Assembly (NCBI GenBank): GCA_905178155.1
Contig: CAJINV010000030.1
Coordinates: 37,059 to 64,556 of the forward strand
Direction: 5' to 3'
From: Amoebophrya sp. A120
Lineage: Eukaryota; Protista; Dinoflagellata
Length of the DNA stretch: 27,498 nt
Part shown: piece by piece, positions 22,501 to 27,498 of the stretch
Layout: every line of letters starts with the position of its first letter
How positions within the stretch are numbered: position 1 is the stretch's first letter
Program-made: the position numbers and the translations under genes
The notes under the pieces: generated by a model
Told to the model about the DNA's origin: nothing
What the model saw: the letters and a program-made list of their open reading frames with translations, nothing else
Databases searched by the model: none

Positions 22501-24670
22501 TCCTGAATTTGTAGTCATGCAAACAGTGTCACAAGGCAGCAACTACGTTCATCCTGAATTTAGCATGGCAAAAATTGAGAGATGAAGAGCAAGGGGACCA
22601 CGACCACGAGCACGAGTTGTACACTGTCATACGCTCCGAGACACCGACGAGCTCCTCGATGCTTGTGGAACTGATTTTCAATCGGTGCTGATAACTTTGT
22701 ATCGGTTCATCGAGGAAGTGTTTGTGCCGAAGCTGCAAGTGTTGCGGGACGCCACCAAGTCACTGCAGTTTTTCTCTCAGGCGCTCCGCGCGTTTCTGAA
22801 GACGAGCACCAGCGGGGGCAGAGAAGAGGAACCAACGACAGGATCTCCGGGAGGAAATGGTGCTGCCGGCGCAGCTCTGGACTCCAGTTTGGACGAGGTG
22901 GAAGAGGAGGAGGAGAAGAACCAGAAGCAGGAAAGCAAACGCCCGGTAACAGCTTCTTCCGTCGTAGCACAACTCGAACCAAAACTAGTTCCTGGACCAC
23001 AACTCAAGCACCTGTTTGACCCTGCGAATTACAACGAGAAGAGTGCAACCTGGTTGACCCTGCCGAAACAGCGTCCGACTCGTCGTGCTAAAGCCGCTGC
23101 TGGGGGCGCAGCAGGTTCATCTTCCACTGCAGCCGCCTCCGGGGTTAATGGAGGTCAAGACCAGGAGGAGCAGGTTATCTGCACGATTTGCCACGAAGAG
23201 ATCGTTGACAAGCCGTACGACCACGACGGCACGGGCATGGGAGTATCGGATTGCGTCATTCTCGCCTGCGGGCACATCTTTTGCCGGTTCTGTCTGGAGA
23301 TGCACCTGCAAACGAACAAACGGGATTGTCCCACTTGTCGGGAGAGCCTGCCTCCGGACAACAAAGACGCCTACTTCTCCCTGGCGAAAGAAATGTCGGC
23401 GTTGCAGCAGGAAGACCTCAGGAGGGAGCAGCAAAACCAGCAAATTCGGAGCGGTGCTATTTATATCGCTCAAAGATTTCCCTTTACGTGGGTGCATGTC
23501 AAATGTGGCTTTACGACAAACTACAGATTGAGATTGCTAGCGCTAGGGATGAAGGTTCGGTCCACAAAAGATGAATACGAATTTGACTTTCAAGCACGTT
23601 TTGATCGATAGACAAAACCTTTCGCAGCGCAAATGGAAATGCCAAACGTAAGTATCAGTATCTCCTCTTTCTAAGCTATAGAAAACATCTTTTTCTACTT
23701 TTAGGTACAGCAATCGATTGGCACAAGATTCGAGCTTTGCACGGCAGCAAACTCTGCAAGGTAATCTTCACATCTTCCTTTGTACAGCGTGAAAAACAAT
23801 GCCATCAGGATACATGTTTTTTCATCAATGGATCATCATCATCCGTGCATTACGTGCCGTACCTACGAAATATTGCTTGAATGAAAATGGCATTATAGCA
23901 TTAGTTCATAGGCATCAAATCGACGAGAAAGAAACAAATCCACCACAGCCAGCACCGAACAATCATGTTATTTCTTTCTACTACTCTATCAGGTCGCGCA
24001 GACGCTTCAAGACGACATTCCGTTACAGGACAAGTGTATTCTCTTCGTCCAGTGGCCCGAGCTGCAAAGCAAGATTCTGAAGTGCTTCAAAGACTGCGGG
24101 TTCCACGCCGCGAGCCTCACCGCCGGCCGTGTGGGCCCTGTGGATGATCATCATGAACGAGCCGGCAAAGGAGCTAGTGCGAGTCGAGGGGCTGCGGAGG
24201 TTCTTAGTGGCGCAGCGGCATCTGCGTCTTCCGCAAGCTGCGCCACGGGACGAGGAGCAGCAGGGACGTCGAAAAAATACACCCAGATGAAAAACGACCA
24301 GGAGCAGCTGACTGCCGAAGAGCAGAAGCGGAGCAAGAGTTCGATCATCGACCATTTTCTGGACAAGAAGAACCCGCTGCGCATTCTCATCCTGTCCCTG
24401 GATCAGCAGGCGACGGGGCTGAACCTGCAAGTGGCCCACCACGTGCTGTTTCTGCATCCCATGAACACGGCGGACTTTCAAGAGGGGATCTCCGCGGAAA
24501 TGCAGGCGATCGGCCGGGTCCGGCGAGTGGGCCAGGAATCGAAGCAGATCTTCGTGTGGCGGTTTTTCGCGAAGAATACCGTGGAGGAGGAAGTCACGTT
24601 GCAGCACGAAATGGAAGTGAAAATATCCAAGCTGGAATACCAGCTAGAATGTCACGGAATGATGTGTTAG
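10519..24670 (+). CDS. Multi-exon SNF2-family helicase/ATPase with embedded C3HC4 RING (Rad5/Rad16/HLTF/SHPRH-like), ~3,070 aa
   Basis: Reconstructed exons: 10519-10920, 11185-12757, 12913-14265, 14599-17194, 17462-17761, 19803-19929, 20094-20261, 20445-20768, ~21035-21480, 21748-21789, 22055-22337, 22637-23453, (23612-23647 tentative), 23705-23760, 23993-24670. All joins are in frame. Motifs seen: LRAEQARTVTWM, GGVLADSMGTGKT, ATLVLAP..LARQW, FRRIIFDEFH, LSATP, RING, HGSKL, ILFVQW, GLNLQVAHHV, QAIGRVRRVGQ. The 3' end is uncertain: a possible GT-AG intron 24617-24823 would extend the gene to 25108. Confidence 0.85.
10921..11179. mobile_element. Introner-like TIR intron 1 (259 bp, DR AAGAA/GAGAA)
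   Basis: Seen: tatccgctgcaaata...tatttgcatttgata. Removal joins ..QKIKE|HLPKLP.. in frame into the 11281 ORF. Related to the 262-bp family. Confidence 0.8.
12758..12907. mobile_element. Introner-like TIR intron 2 (150 bp, DR GACCA)
   Basis: Seen: tatgaattgcaaaagtatcgtact...agtacgatacttttgcacaggata. GACCA at 12753 and 12908. Removal gives APTT|TPRNNE in frame. Confidence 0.9.
14266..14593. mobile_element. Introner-like TIR intron 3 (328 bp, DR CGACA)
   Basis: Seen: ~36-bp imperfect TIR with core atcccccctccccatat. CGACA at 14261 and 14594. Removal gives ERECD|TPQLWSATESLRAEQ, which restores the SNF2 Q-motif region. Confidence 0.9.
14599..17194 (+). CDS. Exon encoding the SNF2 N-terminal ATPase lobe (motifs I, Ia, II, III) with long low-complexity inserts
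   Basis: Seen: GGVLADSMGTGKT at ~14958, DEFH at 16590, GLSATPP at ~16890. Confidence 0.9.
17195..17456. mobile_element. Introner-like TIR intron 4 (262 bp, DR GACCT)
   Basis: Seen: 31-bp TIR tatcaa(a/c)tgtaaaaatgtctgggtctggaag with 1 mismatch. GACCT at 17190 and 17457. Removal gives KNLDL|LREQNARL. Confidence 0.92.
17762..19797. mobile_element. Introner-like TIR intron 5 (150-bp family, expanded to 2,036 bp by a nested insertion; DR TACCC)
   Basis: Seen: tatgcattgcaaaagtat...atacttttgcacaggata. TACCC at 17757 and 19798. Removal gives CKDRYP|EKKREV. Confidence 0.88.
17862..19744. mobile_element. Nested non-autonomous DNA-transposon-like element with inverted subterminal GGAATCAGACT arrays; candidate DR TAAGA
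   Basis: Seen: ~8 GAATCA(GACT) units at 17865-17986 and ~6 reverse-complement (AGTC)TGATTCC units at 19640-19732. TAAGA at 17857 and 19745. Removal leaves a 148-bp element matching its siblings. No recognisable transposase. Confidence 0.7.
19930..20088. mobile_element. Introner-like TIR intron 6 (159 bp, DR TGAGC)
   Basis: Seen: tatgcattgcaaaagtatcgtactcgt...acgagtacgatgcttttgcacaggata. TGAGC at 19925 and 20089. Join PRTLS|RMNLMF. Confidence 0.9.
20262..20439. mobile_element. Introner-like TIR intron 7 (178 bp, DR CGAGT), diverged 150-bp family member
   Basis: Seen: tatgcactgca...tgcagtggatg. CGAGT at 20257 and 20440. Join AACAS|LVRDLE. Confidence 0.85.
20769..21029. mobile_element. Introner-like TIR intron 8 (261 bp, 262-bp family, DR decayed)
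   Basis: Seen: tatcaaatgcaaaaatgcccgggcctgaaag...cttccagacccagacatatttgcaatccata. The flanks ctgcc/gaccg do not match, but removing the element plus 5 bp still restores frame (GLSA|YHRGEG). Confidence 0.8.
21481..21742. mobile_element. Introner-like TIR intron 9 (262 bp, DR GAGCA)
   Basis: Seen: same TIR and length as 17195-17456. GAGCA at 21476 and 21743. Join FCDRHEH|RFSREE. Confidence 0.92.
21790..22049. mobile_element. Introner-like TIR intron 10 (260 bp, DR CTCTA/CTGTA)
   Basis: Seen: tatgagggggttctcaatcg...cgatttgagaacgccata. Join LMRLY|GRSIGR is in frame with the 22242 ORF. Confidence 0.8.
22338..22631. mobile_element. Introner-like TIR intron 11 (294 bp, DR CGTTC/CGCTC)
   Basis: Seen: TIR tatgacagtg(c/t)acaact. 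Join KNSPF|RDTDEL is in frame with the 22685 ORF. Confidence 0.85.
22637..23453 (+). CDS. Exon encoding the C3HC4 RING finger of the SNF2 protein
   Basis: Seen: CTIC...CGHIFCRFC...CPTCR at 23180-23341. Confidence 0.88.
23761..23992 (+). other. Canonical GT-AG intron
   Basis: Seen: aag|gtaatc ... tttctttctactactctatcag|gtc. Splicing gives HGSKLCK|VAQTLQDD..DKCILFVQW, the expected post-RING SNF2 motif. Confidence 0.8.
23993..24670 (+). CDS. Exon encoding the SNF2 C-terminal helicase lobe (motifs IV-VI)
   Basis: Seen: KCILFVQW, ILILSL..QATGLNLQVAHHVLFLHP, EMQAIGRVRRVGQ, VWRFFAKNTVEE. Confidence 0.88.
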   Translation, partial: VAQTLQDDIPLQDKCILFVQWPELQSKILKCFKDCGFHAASLTAGRVGPVDDHHERAGKGASASRGAAEVLSGAAASASSASCATGRGAAGTSKKYTQMKNDQEQLTAEEQKRSKSSIIDHFLDKKNPLRILILSLDQQATGLNLQVAHHVLFLHPMNTADFQEGISAEMQAIGRVRRVGQESKQIFVWRFFAKNTVEEEVTLQHEMEVKISKLEYQLECHGMMC

Positions 24671-25209
24671 ATGTGAGTGAGCAGGTGCTGCAGAACGATG
24701 CTGGTCATGATCTCTTCACCCGTTTATATGTCTTGCATGCGTATTAACCGTAAGTATCTATGTAGTATCATGAGAACATTTTTTATTCCAGATGTCAGCA
24801 TCTTTTTTGTTTGTCATTTTCAGGTTGTAAGAACATCCAAGAAAACACTAACACCTGGGCCGCACAGCCAACACGATGCGCTAGCTTTTTTTCCAGACGA
24901 TAACGACGTCGGTTTGGTGGGAGAGGCGAATTGCTCCAGTTTGCGCAGGAGAGCAACCGTGCCTAGCCTGGGAAAGTTGAGAACAGGAGGCGAAGAGAAG
25001 TTTTTCAGCGTAGGTCGTGGAAGAGCCTTCTCTATACTAGTCCAAAAACCCAATTCATCACAGCAGATCACCACGTGCACGTTCGTAGACAAGCTTAAGG
25101 AAACTTGAACTGAAAAAGAGGAACACGTCTGTTTTATATATTTGTATTCAGTTTACTCAAAAGTAGGTACAACATAGTCCCAGGTGGACAATCAACGAGG
25201 ACCTGCCGG

Positions 25210-26530
25210 AGGGCCAACAAGCCCCGGCGCCAAGGGCGGGTCGAAATTTACTCTAAAAAATCGGCCCCATACCTTCGGGGAAAGCGTTCGGGGAGCCAAC
25301 AAGCCTCGGGGCCCGAAGCGCGCGGGCCGGAATTTGCTGTAAAAAATCGGCCCTATACCTTCAGGGAAAGCTGCCGGGGGGCCAACAAGCCCCGGGGCCA
25401 AGAGCGGGTCGAGATTTGCTCTAAAAAATCAGCCCCATACCGTCGGGGAAAGCGCTCGGCGAGCCAACAAGCCTCGGGGCCCGAAGCGCGCGGGCCGGAA
25501 TTTGCTGTAAAAAATCGGCCCTATACCTTCGGGGAAAGCTGCCGGGGGACCAACAAGCCCCGGGGCCAAGGGCGGGTCGAGGTTTGCTCTAAAAAATCGG
25601 CCCCACACCGTCGGGGAAAGCGCATGGTGAGCCAACAAGCCTCGGGGCCCGAAGCGCGCGGGCCGGAATTTGCTGTAAAAAATCGGCCCTATACCTTCGG
25701 AGAAAGCTGCCGGGGGGCCAACAAGCCTCGGGGCCAAGGGCGGGTCGAGATTTGCTCTAAAAAATCGGCCCCATACCGTCGGGGAAAGCGCTCGGTAAGC
25801 CACAAAGCCTCGGGGCCCGAAGCGCGCGGGCCGGAATTTGCTGTAAAAAATCGGCCCTATACCGTCGGGGAAAGCTTCCGGGGGGCCAACAAGCCCCGGG
25901 GCCTAGGGCGGGTGGAGATTTGCTTTAAAAAATCAGCCCCATACCGTCGGGGAAAGCGCTCGGTGAGCCAACAAGCCGCGGGGCCCGAAGCGCGCTGGCC
26001 GGAATTTACTGTAAAAAATCGGCCCGATACCTTCGGGGAAAGCTGCCGGGGGGCCAACAAGCCCCGGGGCCAAGGGCGGGTCGAGATTTGCTCTACAAAA
26101 TCGGCCCCATACCGTCGGGGAAAGCGCTCGGTGAGCCAGCAAGCCTCGGGGCCCGAAGCGCGCGGGCCGGAATTTGCTGTGAAAAATCACCCCCATACCT
26201 TCGCGGAAAGCTGCCGGGGGACCAAAAGGCCCCGGGGCCAAGGGCGGGTCGAGGTTTGCTCTAAAAAATCGGCCCCATACCGTGGGGGAAAGCGGTCGGA
26301 GAGCCAACAAGCCCCGGGGCCCGAGGCGCGGGGGCCGCAGTTTGCTGTAAAAAACCGGCCCTATACCTTCGGGGAAAGCTGCCGGGGGGCCAACAAGCCT
26401 AGCCCAGGCGCCAAGGGCGGGGCGAAATTTTTGGTAAAAAAATCGGCCCCATACCGTCGGGGAAAGCGGTCGGAGGGTCAACACGCCTCGGGGTCCGAGG
26501 CAAGGGGGCCGGAATTTGCTGGAAAAAAGG
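25210..26530. repeat. GC-rich tandem satellite, ~8 x 168 bp, each unit a dimer of related 82- and 86-bp subunits
   Basis: Seen: CAACAAG-type anchors recur at 25215, 25383, 25551, 25719, 25887, 26055, 26223 and 26391, with the second subunit offset by 82 bp. Confidence 0.92.
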
Positions 26531-27283
26531 GCTACGACTGCTGAGTTGATACAGATGGACCGATGTAATTTATTTTGTGCGCCTGGTCCGCCCATCCCAA
26601 GCCCAAGAAGCTACATTTGAATAAAGAAAGCAAAATTGTTCCGCGCGAAAATGAAACGAAGTAATTGTATGTACTTAGCATCACAAATGGAAATGGTAAT
26701 CAAAAATGTCGTGTCTTTGCAATGAAGCACTACCAAGAAATGCGATTTTCTGTGTATTGTTCCTTCGAGACAGCCACAGTGATATTGCCATGTTGAACCA
26801 AGAGTATTGACAGGTACAAGCAACCGAAAAACGAACATTGGCCCGCGTGCGCCAGTAATGGTGTTGGAGTTGGTGTTCACATATAGCATGAGGCGGCTTT
26901 TTTTTCCTAAGCTCGTGCAGCCGTTCATGTGGAGATGTGTATCAAACAAAAACTTCGACTTCGTTTTTAGAGGGACCAAAAGAGCGAAGCGCTTTGATAC
27001 GGGGCAGAAAAAATTGGATTTGTAAACACAGCAATAGGCCATTTCGTTTGCATTACTTCGTTTCATCGTTTTGTCGCTTTCCTTTTGAGTAGCTTCTCTT
27101 CGCAACCACTTTTGGGTCTGGAATTGCTCGTTGCGCTGGTGAAAATGCAACTTGGCCGCGGCTGAGTTGCTGAAAAATCCAGAGAGGAGCAGCAGACCTG
27201 GAAACAATTTTCTTGGAAAAAAAATCGGCCCAAGAGATCCTGATGACGAGCGCCAAAAGGCTTCCGGATTGGGCTTGATTTTT

Positions 27284-27498
27284 TTGGCGGATTCCGCATC
27301 CACTTTTCGGACCGGAAAAATCGCATCGGGGCGTGCGGAGTAGGGAGGAAAAAGTTGGCGGATTCCGCATCCACTTTTCGGACCGGAAAAATCGCATCAG
27401 GGCGTGCGGGATAGGGGGGAAAAAGTTGGCGGATTCCGCATCCACTTTTCGGACCGGAAAAATCGCATCAGGGCGTGCGGGATAGGGGGGAAAAAGTT
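27284..27498. repeat. 71-bp tandem repeat, ~3 copies, running off the window end
   Basis: Seen: GATTCCGCATCCACTTTTCGGACCGGAAAAATCGCATC at 27290, 27361 and 27432. Confidence 0.9.

Noticed and set aside
11140-24607. Many minus-strand and alternate-frame ORFs over the SNF2 gene
   Set aside because: These are shadow ORFs of GC-rich coding sequence. The recurring 'CKNVWVWK' peptides are simply translated TIRs.
10519-24670. Reading the region as 8-10 separate genes or as a frameshifted pseudogene
   Set aside because: SNF2 motifs are collinear across the fragments, and every break is repaired by the same element + 5 bp rule or by a GT-AG intron.
25192-26595. Long ORFs (306 aa +, 220 aa -) in the GC-rich array
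   Set aside because: The 168-bp unit is a multiple of 3 and stop-poor, so ORFs arise on both strands. There is no independent coding evidence.
26611-27445. Minus-strand 230-aa and 130-aa ORFs
   Set aside because: They start within the 71-bp repeat, with no recognisable domain or codon bias.
25210-27498. CRISPR-like appearance of the periodic repeats
   Set aside because: There are no unique spacers and no cas genes, and the context is eukaryotic.

Overview
This is eukaryotic DNA, most likely alveolate. The intron architecture resembles what I recall for the parasitic syndinian dinoflagellate Amoebophrya, but that assignment is inference. The main feature is a very large (~3,070 aa reconstructed) + strand Rad5/HLTF/SHPRH-type SNF2 ATPase-RING gene at 10519 to about 24670. 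The ORF track fragments it because it is interrupted by 11 MITE-like elements. Each element begins TAT, ends ATA (one ends ATG), has terminal inverted repeats (TIRs) and is flanked by a 5-bp direct repeat (DR; one pair is decayed). Removing each element plus one DR copy restores the reading frame at all 11 junctions, with no consistent GT-AG, so these look like non-canonical 'introner'-type introns. A 12th element lies at 264-601. All 12 share an internal TGTNATGC/GCATNACA motif despite different TIRs, and one contains a nested ~1.9-kb element. The left 10 kb is a duplication mosaic of two small gene families: secreted Ser/Pro/Arg-rich proteins and Tudor-like + AP2-like proteins. The right end holds a 168-bp dimeric satellite and a 71-bp tandem repeat.
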